Source of the DNA: Histomonas meleagridis 2922-C6/04-290x | Taxonomy: Eukaryota; Protista; Parabasalia | Direction: 5' to 3' | DNA: 64,000 nucleotides | Assembly: GCA_020184695.1 (NCBI GenBank) | Contig: JAANOX010000242.1 | Coordinates: 62,001 to 126,000 of the forward strand | Shown here: positions 19,233 to 30,202 of the stretch, one piece after another | How positions within the stretch are numbered: position 1 is the stretch's first letter | Layout: each line of letters begins with the position of its first letter | Notes under the pieces: model-generated | Seen by the model: only the letters and a program-made list of their open reading frames with translations | Databases searched by the model: none | What the model was told of the DNA's origin: nothing | Program-made: the position numbers and the translations under genes

Positions 19233-21413
19233 CTAATTATTTTGATCAATTCCTCTGTGTTCAAGAAGTAAATTAACTATTTCTGTATAACCATTTTTAA
19301 GTGCTTTCATAAGTGCTGTATAAAATAATTTAAATAATTTCCAAATATTATTTTGAAATCCCAAATTATTAAAATAAATCCAAAATAAAACAAATAAATA
19401 TCTTTAGCATTAATATCAATTCCTTTTTGTTCAAGAAGTAATTTGATTATTTCTGTATTACCTTTTTCTGATGCATAAATAAGTGCTGTTTTAAATAATT
19501 TAAATAATTTCCAAATATTATTTTGAAATAAAAAATTATTAAAATAAATATTAAATAAAACAAATAAAAATTTTTAGCATTAATATCAATTCCTTCTTGT
19601 TCAAGAAGTAATTTAACTATTTCTGTATAACCATTTTTAGATGCCAACATAAGTGCTGTATAAAATAATTTAAATAATTTCCAAATATTATTTTGAAATA
19701 CCAAATTATTAAAATAAATTCTAAACAAAACAAATAAATATCTTTAGCATTAATATCAATTCCTTCTTGTTCAAGAAGTAATTTAACCATTTCTGTGTGA
19801 CCATCTCTAGATGCATAAATAAGTGCTGTTACGAATAATTTAAATAATTTCCAAATATTATTTTGAAATAGAAAATTATTAATATAAATATTAAATAAAA
19901 CAAATAAATATCTTTAGCATTAATATCAATTCCTTTTTGTTCAAGAAGTATTTTAAGTATTTCTATTTGACCATTTGAAGATGCTAACATAAGTGCTGTT
20001 CTAAATAATTTAAATAATTTCCAAATATTATTTTGAAATAATAAATTATTAAAATAAATATAAAATAAAATAAACAAATATTTTTAACATTAATATTAAT
20101 TCCTTTTTGTTCAAGAAGTAATTTAACTATTTCTGTATGACCATTTGAAGATGCTATCATAAGTGCTGTATAAAATAATTTAAATAATTTCCAAATATTA
20201 TTTTGAAATCCCAAATTATTAAAATAAATATTAAATAAAACATATAAATATTTTTAGCATTAATATCAATTCCTTTTTGTTCAAGAATAAATTTTATTAA
20301 TTCGAAATTTCCTGACTCTGTTGCACAAGTTAAAGTTTTCTTTTGAAGTTTACAATCATTCATAAAATATTTCACTAAATTACCAATTTTTGCTGTTTCA
20401 TTAATGATATTTATATAAAATCTTGACTTTATATTATCTAATAAAGATACAAATAAAGAATAATTATCATTTTTAATACATTCAATTTCTAATTGAGTGA
20501 ATTCTTTGATTTTAATCGTGTTTTTCTTATAAAAATAATCAAAGACATCATTCCGATGAAATTCTAAAGCAATTTCATGAACTTGGTTAAAAGAACAATT
20601 ATTTTGTTCACATAAATGAATAATCTCTATATTTCCACCTGCAACTGCATATTTACCTATATTATTTAAATTGGAACCATTCATAAGTAAATATTTAAAA
20701 CATTTAACTGATCCAAAAAATGCTGCATATGCAATTAATGTAACATTTTCATTTTTTTGATTAACAAATGAAAACATTTCATAAAGTGATGGTTCAATTA
20801 TTTGATTAAAATCAAAATTATCTCGTGATGAAATTTCTTGAAGTTGATCAATATCATCATTACGAATCGCTTTAATAACAGGCATAGGATTAATTCCTTC
20901 TTTAATAAGTTGTTTATGTAGTTTCCAATTATCTTTTTTAAGATCTTCAATATCTATAAAGAAATTTAAATATGTTTTTTCAGAATTTCTAAATTGATTA
21001 ATTTTTGTTTCAGTAAAATAATGTGCAAAATATAAAGTGTTTTTTGTTTGAACTATATTAGAAGAAATATAATTTTCTTCAATCATGTTTTCTAGAAAAT
21101 AATATGATTCTTGTGAATTTAATTGAAGAAGAAAATGTGTAAAAGTTTCGATTATGTTATAATTTCCTTGAATTGATTCTTCTTTTGACTTCATTATATT
21201 TATGAATAATAAATATATTTTAATATCTTTCTTTTGAACTATAAAAGATTGATATATTAAACGTGATATGATAAGATTAGTAGAATATGGGAAATTAATA
21301 TCAAATAAATTCATAACACTTTCACCTTTTGATTCAATATTATCTTCATTTAAGTCAAAGATAATTGATTCAAGGTCTTTTAATAATGTAATATAGTTAT
21401 CTTTTTGGCTCAT
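19233..21413 (-). CDS. DUF3447-ankyrin gene with six stop-free ankyrin modules separated by six 71-nt spacers
   Basis: Intact 418-aa ORF into the first spacer. Spacers at 20176-20246, 20006-20076, 19836-19906, 19666-19736, 19496-19566 and 19326-19396; final TAG at 19233-19235. Confidence 0.8.
19326..20246 (-). repeat. Exact 170-bp periodic ankyrin-module/spacer array
   Basis: AAGTGCTGT recurs on the + strand at 19311, 19481, 19651, 19821, 19991 and 20161. Confidence 0.95.
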
Positions 21414-21824
21414 TCAAGAAGAAATGAACACATTAATTCAATTGTTTATTATTAAAACGTTTTAATATATTTATAAATATTGAAAAGTGTTGAATGTGGT
21501 GATCGTTCATATTCAAATAACTTTTTGATTGATTAAAAAAGGCGCCATTATTTTGTCACCTAACTGCGCAGGAAGAAAACTTTATTATTTTTAAGACACC
21601 AGTATTTTTTCGTTAAATTTTATCTAATTATTTAAAGATTCAATTAAAAAATATTCATAAACATTATTGATTTTAATTAACATCAGTCGTATTGATTAGG
21701 ACATGAAGTTAATTTTATCTGCTTCGATATAAATTTTCAGAAAGGGAGCAGTTGCATTCAAATAACCGCCAATTTTCACATTGGCCTTTTGACTTTTTGA
21801 ACATTATTTGATCCTCATTTGAGG

Positions 21825-23441
21825 ATGGGAGGTAGACGACTTGGAAGGCGAGGCAACGCTGCGCCACCTCTTTCACGAGCTAAAAGAATACCAACCCGCT
21901 GGCTTTCATGCCCAGAATGCGGCCAACCAATAACAATTCCAAATAATCCCAATCTAATCTTTCTCCCAATGAAGTCACCACTACCTGATGCATATTCCGA
22001 AGCCCTTGGTGTTGTTTATGGCTGGACTGTTTCTAAAGCCATTGACAAAGCCAAATCACTTATTTCATCTCCAAATCCATATTTTCATGCAATAAATGTT
22101 TCACACAAAAATGAAATAATCAGTGAAGGAGATTGGTCTGAATTCAACATCACATATTCTAGGGTTCCTATTTCGAAAGAGTACAAAGCAGAGTCCATTG
22201 AAGCTTTTTGCCAAATTATTGGAGACAAACTAAACAAAACTACCGACGGAACTCTTGTTTGTTTATTGTATTGTGGCTCAGGACTCAATAGAATTGGATT
22301 TTGCCTATCAGCCATCCTCACGAAAGAATATGGTTTTTCCTTAAAAGAGTCTTTACAAATTTGTGAAGAATCCTCGCCCAGGTTAATCTGTAAGCAGAGA
22401 CCATTGGATGTTTTGTGCGATTATTTTAAGGAAGGAATAATATCTCGTGGGCCATCACCGGAATGGGTTAAATCAGACACAAAACCAGGCCCAATTGGAG
22501 ACATTCCTTTACCGCTTGAAAAGTTCAACATTCTATCGAAGCTTTCCAAGAAAAATTTCACTCTTGAAGAGAAATACGAAGTTTTGAAAATTCTTGACTC
22601 TGTTACTTCTGAAAACTGGCTTAAGACTGAAGAATCATTTCCTGTTTTGAACACAACTGTTTGGAATTCCCATAGTTTAAACGAGATTCAAACTAATCCA
22701 TTTTTGTGCACTTTTGAGCCCAGAGGAGACCGTTTATTTTTGATAGTAACCGGAGTTTCAAATGTTTACATTGTCGAACCGTCGATGATCGTCACGCCGA
22801 TACGTGTCAAGGCTAAATGTGATTTTCCTGTAGTTGTTAGTTGTATATTAATTGAAGAAAAGAAAACGCGACCTGTTTTTCTTTTGACTGATATTCTTCT
22901 TTATGGTTCTGTACCAACTTTTCAACTTCCATTGAAAGAACGTCTTTCATATTTAGCAAATGAATTTGCTTTGGATACATCTGAACTAAAAGAGTTCGGT
23001 GTTCAATTCATCTTTAGGCCAATGGCTGATGTATCGAATGCATCGAAGCTTAGGAGGGATTTAAATTCATTATTTGTTAAATCGGATGGAATTTCATTCT
23101 TTAATTGTAATGAGGAAGCTGGAAAGTCACTTTTCTTGCCGATCAAACCGTCGTTTATCTTTCAATTTGTTTACAACGGAAACGATAGGGCGGTTTTGTA
23201 CGCAAGAAATAATGTTCCAGTGGGAATTTATAAGTCCCCAAATTCGAAGTATAATGGAATGGATGAAAGAACAAATAGGTTCGTATATGATACCGATAAA
23301 CAAGAATGGGTGGCTATATCTGTAGGAAGTAACAGCTTGCCATCGACGATAGAGGAGGTTAAGGCGGTTGTGGCTTTCCAAAAAAATCCACCGCCAATAG
23401 ACGAAATATTCCAAAAACTTGATAAAATATCATATGAATAA
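21825..23441 (+). CDS. Metazoan/plant-type bifunctional mRNA capping enzyme homolog (triphosphatase + guanylyltransferase folds) with degenerate active sites
   Basis: FLPMKSPL and LLYCGSGLNRIGF (cf. HCTHGFNRTG); TFEPRGDR in place of KxDGxR; LLTDIL; KSDGISF. Inr TCATTT at 21815. Confidence 0.75.
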   Translation: MGGRRLGRRGNAAPPLSRAKRIPTRWLSCPECGQPITIPNNPNLIFLPMKSPLPDAYSEALGVVYGWTVSKAIDKAKSLISSPNPYFHAINVSHKNEIISEGDWSEFNITYSRVPISKEYKAESIEAFCQIIGDKLNKTTDGTLVCLLYCGSGLNRIGFCLSAILTKEYGFSLKESLQICEESSPRLICKQRPLDVLCDYFKEGIISRGPSPEWVKSDTKPGPIGDIPLPLEKFNILSKLSKKNFTLEEKYEVLKILDSVTSENWLKTEESFPVLNTTVWNSHSLNEIQTNPFLCTFEPRGDRLFLIVTGVSNVYIVEPSMIVTPIRVKAKCDFPVVVSCILIEEKKTRPVFLLTDILLYGSVPTFQLPLKERLSYLANEFALDTSELKEFGVQFIFRPMADVSNASKLRRDLNSLFVKSDGISFFNCNEEAGKSLFLPIKPSFIFQFVYNGNDRAVLYARNNVPVGIYKSPNSKYNGMDERTNRFVYDTDKQEWVAISVGSNSLPSTIEEVKAVVAFQKNPPPIDEIFQKLDKISYE

Positions 23442-23896
23442 AAAATAAATTGGAGTTTTATTAAAAGCTTTTGATGATTTTGTGTATGAATTCTGAACGG
23501 TTTTAATTTAACTTGTTTTTTCCTGCAAAAAATGTTGTGCTAACAAATTTTTAAATCACTATCCTTAAATAAGTTTGTATTTTCAAGTTGAATTAAAAAT
23601 AATGCTAAAAATTTTAAAACAAAGTCATCAGTTTAGCAAAATTAATTTGCACTGACAACGAATTCATAAAGGTAGTGGGGAAGTTGCTTAAATTATGTAA
23701 TTCTTTGAGTTAATTTTTTATTATCAATTTTGATCAGATCTAAAATTCTAAATATTTACTTCTTGTGTTTAAGAAAGATATTAAAAATTCTTATTTTTTT
23801 ATCATTGTTCACATCGTTCTTTTTAATAGTTGTCAACATTTGATGTTTTTTTGCATCCTTAAAAAATATTTGAGTACCTCTGTTTGAACACAGCAA

Positions 23897-24370
23897 ATGG
23901 CTGAACTCCCTCATAAGGTCACTTTCGGGCCTGTTGATAAATCAAGTGTTGGACTCTTAAAGATTATCCATCGTAATTTGCTTCCAGTTCATTATTCAAA
24001 TGATACTTATGAAACAATTAAAGAAGGTATTAATGCAAAAGGTATTCTTGCTTATTATAACGATGACACAGCTGTAGGTGAAATTTGTTACCGTAAAGAA
24101 GAAGTTGATGGAGTTAAAAAAATGTACATTTTAACAATTGGAGTTCTTCCAACATATCAAAGACAAGGTATTGCAACAATGCTAATAAACAAGGCACTAG
24201 AGGATATAAAAGACGTGACCGAGGTTTATTTACATGTTCATGTTGATAATGAAAAAGCAATTCAATTTTACACAAAACTTGGGTTTACTAATACATCTAG
24301 AGTTGAAGGATATTATAAATCCTTTGAAAATAAAGATGCATATTTATTTAGCAAAAAAATCAATCAGTAA
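23897..24370 (+). CDS. NAA50: N-alpha-acetyltransferase 50 (NatE, GNAT family)
   Basis: LLPVHYS, LAYYND..VGEIC, MYILTIGVLPTYQRQGIA, VYLHVHVDNEKAIQFYTKLGF. Confidence 0.85.
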   Translation: MAELPHKVTFGPVDKSSVGLLKIIHRNLLPVHYSNDTYETIKEGINAKGILAYYNDDTAVGEICYRKEEVDGVKKMYILTIGVLPTYQRQGIATMLINKALEDIKDVTEVYLHVHVDNEKAIQFYTKLGFTNTSRVEGYYKSFENKDAYLFSKKINQ

Positions 24371-24589
24371 ATTTTGAGTTTTAACAAATGATAATAAAGA
24401 GGAACGTATATACAATTTTTTTAAAAAAAACAAGCTTTTTTGTTATTATTGATTGATCCAAATTATTTGTATCATACATGAACTTCATTTAGGAAAGTGG
24501 TTTTCATTGTACAAAACTTTTTAGCAACTAAAACATTTGCAGGAATATCTTTTGACTCATCATTTAAAAAACATAAAATAAATCTCTTG

Positions 24590-24965
24590 GAAAATTTCGA
24601 AGAATATTTGTGAACTTCATGAAAAGAAAACTGAAGATGCACATTCTCCATTTCAGATCAGAAATTGCGAGCACGGTTCAAAAATAATGTTAAAAAACTT
24701 CAAGAAATTTCATTACAAGAAAATTTTGATTTTAATCAAGTAGTAGTCTTCAGATTAAGAAAGTTGTTTAACTGTTAACTATGTTTTACTAACTGATTAT
24801 GCAGCATTTTTTGGATAAGTAGAATGTTTTAAATACTTAATGTGAATGCTGAATATGTATATTTGTTTCATATAAAATTTGGGAATTACCATAAAATATT
24901 TTGAACAGAACTTATAAGTATGCTTCACAAAAGGGATATACAGAAATTGCAAAATTGCTTTATAA
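24590..24965 (+). pseudogene. Collapsed DUF3447-ankyrin remnant with an internally deleted 39-nt spacer (24859-24897)
   Basis: KLQEISLQENFDFNQ, LTDYAAFFG*VECFKYL, VNAE-[TATTTGTTT...ATTTGGGAATTA...]-F*TEL and YASQKGYTEIAKLL. Confidence 0.7.
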
Positions 24966-25370
24966 CGGAGTTAGCCAAAAAGGAAATTTTAGCTTTTTTA
25001 AGCTATTTTAATTATATTTATTGAAACTTTTTATAGGGCAATGATACTTATGAAACAATGAATTTATTTTTGTTAACATCAATATTATGTATTTCTTTAT
25101 AAAAAACAAACAAAAAATCTTTTTAAATTGGTTTTGAAGTTTAATTTTATTAGATAATTGAATTCAATTCTGCTGAGGCAAAATCAACAATTTTCAATTT
25201 AAGATGTTCTTCTGCATAATTTACTCAATCATATTTATTCAATAACTTTATTATCATTTATTCCCAATTAATACTTTGTTTTCATTTTAATCTAGATAAT
25301 ATTAGATTATGTTTTCAAGAAAAATGCAAAAACTATTTGGAAGACAAAAAGTGCCAAAAACGTTTTTTTA

Positions 25371-27365
25371 ATGAACCAGTTTCCTCAATATAACAATCCT
25401 TTTTTTCGAGAAAGTTTAAGACCTTTAAAGGCTGACGTTCATCACTTAAAAGATAGACGCTACAAACCAACAGTTGAGGCAATATATTATAAGAGATCCC
25501 AGGATCCTGAAACTGAAATTACATCCAAACTTCCTCCGGAAATATCCATCAAAAAATCAAAATCTAAAGAGCGAGCCAATAAGTTTAATCGCACCAATGC
25601 TAAAATTGAAGAAAAAGAGGATGAATATATTGACTTTCAAAATTATGAGCAACAATTTAAAGATCTCCAAATGAGGATTCAACAAATTCGAGAAAAGTCT
25701 GCTATTTATCCTGTTTGGGCAAGTGATTCACCTTCAATTCCAAACAAAATCTCACGAAAAATCTCCGAACTTAATCAACAGATGTTTTCATTAAAAAAAT
25801 GTTTTATCTCTCCTGAAGAAATAATGCTTGATAATAATGCTATCATTATTCAAAGGTTTTGGAGAAAAATTTACAACCGTCAAATTTTTAAACGTTCGCA
25901 AATGTCACTTTTACGTTACAAAACAAGAGAACTTTCCAATGTATATCGCACATTAAACTCATGGCTTGCTCAAATGGAATATTTTGATTCACAAGCACAA
26001 CAACTTAGATATAAAAGTATATCTCGTTTTTCAATATTAGCACTAAATTATTGGCAAAAATGGGCTGTTAAAGAATCAATCAAAAGTAGCCACATTGAAG
26101 CGAAAGCAAACGAATTTTATACAAAAAATATACTTAACAAGCGAATTCATAAAATTCTTCAAAATTGGTGTGATGTTGCAACAGGTCCACGATCTCGAAA
26201 AAGCCTTGGGAAATGGCGCCAATCAATGATTCCAATTATGAAGCTTGAGCTAGAGTCTAATAATATTTCTATACCACTTAATTTCCATGAATTAGTAATA
26301 GCTTATGTTAGCCTGAAATCAAAACGAACTTTTCTTTTTTCTGTCTTTCGTGCATGGAGGTCCATTTTCAGCTCAAAATCCATGCGCCAAAAGTTAATTT
26401 CTCGAAATGCATTAATATTCCGAAAAACTCAATTACTTCGTTATGGATTCCGGAATTGGCATAACACTGTCTGCGAAACTAAAACATTTCTTGGCTCCAA
26501 AGAGAAATATTCCAAGTATCTTAACTTGATGAAAAGGGTTTTTTCATCTGAAACATCACGAGCCAAATATATATTGAAAAAGTGGAGCCGATATGCAACG
26601 ATACAAATTTCTGTAAGATCAAAAACTCAAACTAAGTCACGCTTCTTGATTAAAAACGCATTTTTAGGATGGAAAAATACAACTGAACGAAATCGTGAGA
26701 TTCTAATCAACACAATTTTAATATGGAAGCAATATATCCAAGATCCAAAAATTAATATATTTCGAAACTGGAATTTATATACAATCAAGCGGAAGGTACA
26801 CCGCGAAGTTCTTACACGACTTGATGCATCATACCAACGTTGGCATAACAAATTCCAGTTAGAAATATTCTTTGGAAATTGGCAATTAAAACTTCATCAG
26901 CGTTCAAACGCTTCTTCGTCAATTTCATTCGAACGAAAACGTTGGCAACTTCAGTCAGCAAAACGTCGCACAACGCAATTAAGAGAACAATATGTGAAAG
27001 GACGAGATGCAGTTATGGAACTCGAAAATGAACTTGGAAAAATTACAAGTGAATTCATTGCAAGTGAAGAAGAAGTGACAAAACTCGAAGAACTTTCTAC
27101 GAGTTGGAGAATCGCGTTACAGACAATGAAAATGGAATTGACAAGAATCGGCTTAACTGTGCAAATGTGTGAGAAAAATGAGAACGTGAGAAAAAGAAGG
27201 TTTTCGAATGATATGAATGAAAATGAGTTAAGTGGAAATAAGAGAAATATTTTGGAAACATTGAAAATCGATGACAAGATTTTGGGTAATTGGAAAAGAA
27301 GAAATTCCGACCCTGAAATGGATGATGCTGTAGACATTGTCAAAGTGAAGCCAACTTTTGTTTAA
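25371..27365 (+). CDS. IQ-motif and Trp-repeat (Sfi1-like, centrin-binding) coiled-coil protein
   Basis: IIIQRFWR IQ motif; periodic (F/L)xxW repeats (FRAWR, FRNWH, FLGWK, FRNWN, FGNWQ). Confidence 0.6.
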   Translation: MNQFPQYNNPFFRESLRPLKADVHHLKDRRYKPTVEAIYYKRSQDPETEITSKLPPEISIKKSKSKERANKFNRTNAKIEEKEDEYIDFQNYEQQFKDLQMRIQQIREKSAIYPVWASDSPSIPNKISRKISELNQQMFSLKKCFISPEEIMLDNNAIIIQRFWRKIYNRQIFKRSQMSLLRYKTRELSNVYRTLNSWLAQMEYFDSQAQQLRYKSISRFSILALNYWQKWAVKESIKSSHIEAKANEFYTKNILNKRIHKILQNWCDVATGPRSRKSLGKWRQSMIPIMKLELESNNISIPLNFHELVIAYVSLKSKRTFLFSVFRAWRSIFSSKSMRQKLISRNALIFRKTQLLRYGFRNWHNTVCETKTFLGSKEKYSKYLNLMKRVFSSETSRAKYILKKWSRYATIQISVRSKTQTKSRFLIKNAFLGWKNTTERNREILINTILIWKQYIQDPKINIFRNWNLYTIKRKVHREVLTRLDASYQRWHNKFQLEIFFGNWQLKLHQRSNASSSISFERKRWQLQSAKRRTTQLREQYVKGRDAVMELENELGKITSEFIASEEEVTKLEELSTSWRIALQTMKMELTRIGLTVQMCEKNENVRKRRFSNDMNENELSGNKRNILETLKIDDKILGNWKRRNSDPEMDDAVDIVKVKPTFV

Positions 27366-27584
27366 TAAATAAAAAATAGAAAATTCGGTAAATGTTACGG
27401 GATTTTCATTTCAATTCTTTCGAAAGGTCAATAAATTTTTTAGCCTATGATAAGCCAAATTGGGTATTTAGGATTGTGCTGGGAAAATGTCATTTACAAA
27501 TCGAAATAAGGAACTCAGACAAAGTCTTGTGCAAATTGAACATGATAATAATGGGGCACCCTTAGAACGCGCCGATAAGCTCAA

Positions 27585-28592
27585 ATGAAAAAAAAGGAAA
27601 ATAAACAAGAAACAGATACAAATATTTTTTCGCAGGATGAATTTATGATTCTTCGCGATGACACATACAATTTAGTGCTTGGAAGTGATAGTCGTCTCAC
27701 ATTTGTACCAACAATATTATATTTAACGAATAAACAAATTTATATACGTCCAACAACTGAACCATCTGAACCAATACATGTGTCACTCTTCCAAATTTCA
27801 TCGTTTACACAAAAACAATTAAATGATTATCCAATTTTATATGTATTTCGAACAAATCAACCGCCGATTAGAATTTTCAACCCAAATACAGAGCTGCAAA
27901 CAGCATTTGCAAAAGTTCTTACCAAACTATGTGCTGCATCTGAAATTGGAAGTTTTGAGTGTGATATGTTATCTTTATCTCTTCAAAAGAAAGTTATCAG
28001 CTCTCCTACACTTCAAGACTTTTTCAAATCATTCGTCAAGGAAGAGAATAAAGCAACTGTTAATACACCTGTTCCTGAAGAATCAATTCCACAGAAAGCA
28101 TCTCCACCCACAAAACAACTCAAAGCCATTGACATCATCAATGGTCTTATTGGAGAAAGTGAGCTTCTATTTTTCGGTGTTATTGTCACAATCATTCTTA
28201 TCTTATCCGTTATATTTATTTTTATTCCGATTGGTAATTTCCTTTGTTCTATTGTGTTCATATTTATTGCTCACTGTGGGTTTAAAATGCTCTTTTGTGA
28301 CGAAGATGAAGATGAAACATCTGGAAAAAATGATCTTGAGAAACAACTTAGTCACATTCGAGAGTTTGCTCAGTTCAAGGAAAACATTAAGAACAGGTTC
28401 ATGTGGAGGAACCCCAGACACACTTTGGAGGTGGCACTGTTCCTCTTTGCGTCCGCATTGCTATTTTCTTGTTATCATCCGGCATTCATATTAGCGGTGT
28501 CACTTTTCGGTTTCGGTTTTATTGAACGATGGAACCCTTTTGGCTTTGGATCACTTGTGGAGATAATCACAAATTTGTTTGACTTTAGCTGA
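27585..28592 (+). CDS. Hypothetical protein with an N-terminal PH/GRAM-like region and C-terminal TM hairpins
   Basis: 335-aa ORF; LYLTNKQIYI beta-strand pattern and two long hydrophobic blocks. Confidence 0.7.
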   Translation: MKKKENKQETDTNIFSQDEFMILRDDTYNLVLGSDSRLTFVPTILYLTNKQIYIRPTTEPSEPIHVSLFQISSFTQKQLNDYPILYVFRTNQPPIRIFNPNTELQTAFAKVLTKLCAASEIGSFECDMLSLSLQKKVISSPTLQDFFKSFVKEENKATVNTPVPEESIPQKASPPTKQLKAIDIINGLIGESELLFFGVIVTIILILSVIFIFIPIGNFLCSIVFIFIAHCGFKMLFCDEDEDETSGKNDLEKQLSHIREFAQFKENIKNRFMWRNPRHTLEVALFLFASALLFSCYHPAFILAVSLFGFGFIERWNPFGFGSLVEIITNLFDFS

Positions 28593-29094
28593 TGCGTCAG
28601 CATTTGGAACCAGGGTATACATTGTAAGCAATGTAGCTAATTTTGGGTGTTTCTTTGCAGTTGTTAAATTAAGTGCTATGTAAAAATTTCATGATGAAGA
28701 GTGAACTAATTGTTGGTAATTAGACTTTAATGTTATCTATTTCTTCTAAAATTCACCAAGCCATTGAAATCATTATTTATCAGATTTTTCTAGATAAATT
28801 TACCGATGTTTAATTTAATTTTTCCATCATAAAAATCGCATGGAATTTTTATTCATATAGGTATATAATAGAGGTTTTCGTATTTTAATTAGATTCGTGG
28901 ATACTTAGTATATTTGAATGAAGAACCGATCTAAGCAGTCGCGTGCAACAACCCCCAATTTTCGGGGCTACCCCAAATTGACGATAGATATACGATATGA
29001 CTTTTTGACCCAAATGTTTAACGGTCGTATTTACTGAAGATTCATGATATGTAATTTCTTCTTTTGGAAATTAAAAAAATTTACAAAATGTTAA

Positions 29095-29590
29095 TTTACT
29101 AAATTTAGAAGAAATACAACAAAATTCATTTAATAATTATTACAACGACAATAGTCTTTCATTAACATATGTTTAATTTCTGAATGTTTCAATAATCAAA
29201 TATTCTGTTTTCGAAAATTGTATAAATTTAGAAATAATTAATCTGACTTATGTAAAAGAAATTGGATCGAAATGTGTCTCAAATTGTTCCAAGTTAAAAC
29301 ACATTTTTTTAGAAAACGTTCGTTTACAACATTAACACCTGAAGAATGGAACCAAATTCTAAAGATTCAAAATCAAACCAAAAAGGTTTAATTATTGGAG
29401 TAACAATTGGTGTTGCTTTGGTTGCAATCATGTTATGGTTTCTATACTGTTAAATTCTATTAGTTTCATGAAACAAGTAAATAAAATATTATATGAGATA
29501 TATCAAAATAATTTTTCATAACTTTACATCTAATCCACATGATGATGCTCAAAACGAAAATATCGTATTTTCCTTATTAAAATCAAAAAT
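29095..29590 (+). pseudogene. BspA-like LRR surface-protein remnant with a TM segment
   Basis: LEEIQQNSFN, VFENCINLEIINLTYVKEIGSKCVSNCSKLKHI (LRR_5 pattern) and GLIIGVTIGVALVAIMLWFLYC*; contains stops. Confidence 0.65.
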
Positions 29591-29786
29591 TTAAAAATAA
29601 AAACATTACGGTACAATAATAATTTGGAACTTTTTTCTGATCAAATTGTTAAAATTTATAAAGAAAAATGAATGCATCAAAATAAGTTAAAAAGTCTCCG
29701 TCTATAATGTGAAAAACATTTAAAAAATACATTGTGAGTTATCATTTATGCATTTAAAAATGATAAGAAGGGAATCAATGTGTCTT

Positions 29787-30194
29787 TTATTGTTCTTCCT
29801 TCTTCATTCTGCAGCCAGCATTGTAAACGAAAATGTTCTTTTCTTGAGCTGCCTTTTCTATTTGACGGCGAAGTTTTCCACCAACAGCGTGATGAATAAC
29901 TGCACAGTACTTTGTGTTATTTGTAAATAATGGTTCAAGTTCCTTTACGTTGTGAACAATAACTGGTCTGAAGCCATTAGGAAGCATATACTTTGTTTCT
30001 TTGTCACTTCCATAACCACATTTTGGATGAGCTGGTGTTCCACGTTGGTTTTTACGGAATCTTGAATCAATACCACGGGTAAGACGCCAGCTTGACTTGA
30101 CACGAACGAAAAGGTCTGATTGGATACGGTTGAACCTTGTCTTCTTCTTCTTGATGATCGGCTTGTGTTCAGCAGCAACAACGGTGGTAGACAT
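29787..30194 (-). CDS. RPL32: 60S ribosomal protein L32 (eL32)
   Basis: KKKKTRFNRIQSD..SWRLTRGIDSRFRK..GYGSDKETKYMLPNGF..VHNVKELE. Confidence 0.96.
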   Translation of the reverse strand: MSTTVVAAEHKPIIKKKKTRFNRIQSDLFVRVKSSWRLTRGIDSRFRKNQRGTPAHPKCGYGSDKETKYMLPNGFRPVIVHNVKELEPLFTNNTKYCAVIHHAVGGKLRRQIEKAAQEKNIFVYNAGCRMKKEEQ

Positions 30195-30197
30195 TGG

Positions 30198-30202
30198 AAA
30201 GG
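30198..30202 (-). promoter_or_regulatory. CCTTT (trichomonad motif-5-like initiator) three bases before the RPL32 ATG
   Basis: The minus strand reads GACCTTTCCAATG. CCTTT is described as an alternative initiator of ribosomal-protein genes in T. vaginalis. Confidence 0.55.
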
